Below are positions 6,990-7,086 of a stretch of DNA of 7,086 nucleotides, one piece after another. The stretch comes from Octopus sinensis (lineage: Eukaryota): assembly GCF_006345805.1 (NCBI RefSeq), contig NW_021829013.1, positions 1 to 7,086 on the forward strand, in the 5' to 3' direction. The notes under the pieces were generated by a model. That model did not search any database, had not been told where the DNA came from, and was given only the letters and a program-made list of their open reading frames with translations. Both the position numbers and the translations under genes were made by a program. The stretch's first letter is position 1; each line of letters begins with the position of its first letter.

Positions 6990-7068
6990 ACATTATTTAC
7001 GTTATTTACATTCGACGGATACAAGATGAGGACAAATATCCGTCGAATGTAAATAATGTAAATAATGT
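6990..7068. repeat. Inverted repeat, 32-bp arms, 31/32 complementary, 15-nt spacer
   Basis: Arms 6990-7021 and 7037-7068; mismatch G7001/T7057; each arm ends in a 9-bp tandem (ATTATTTAC)x2. Confidence 0.95.
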
Positions 7069-7071
7069 CAA

Positions 7072-7086
7072 CCACTATAACTTCTT
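7072..7086 (+). pseudogene. Right TSD and resumption of mariner fragment
   Basis: CCACTATA matches 6638-6645; CAC TAT AAC TTC TT reads H-Y-N-F-(L), continuing GLLHY like mariner GLIHYSFL. Only 15 nt visible. Confidence 0.6.

Overview
Repeat-dense, AT-rich animal DNA, intronic or intergenic. From memory of the SINE families it is most likely octopus or another coleoid cephalopod; no database check was possible. No intact protein-coding gene is supported, and the supplied ORFs come from microsatellites or TEs. The window holds many (TA)n/(CA)n/(TG)n/(AAC)n microsatellites and a tRNA-headed SINE family ('family A'). Family A occurs as a TSD-flanked monomer (2142-2380), a dimer (2951-3385), older head-to-tail copies (3408-3897) and an opposite-strand trimer (5910-6363). 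A second SINE ('family B', 4152-~4591) carries an internal (CA)15(TA)15. A decayed Hsmar1-like mariner transposase (6364-6645, resuming at 7072) is interrupted by a 5'-truncated LINE end with an 8-bp TSD. Two near-perfect long inverted repeats have 58-bp arms (5402-5541) and 32-bp arms (6990-7068). The most notable signals are the SINE-B/LINE shared 3' tail with compensatory hairpin changes, the multimeric SINE junction shared by two loci, the nested TE series and the two long hairpins. I found no convincing new biological system, only TE-biology leads and two weak candidate exons.
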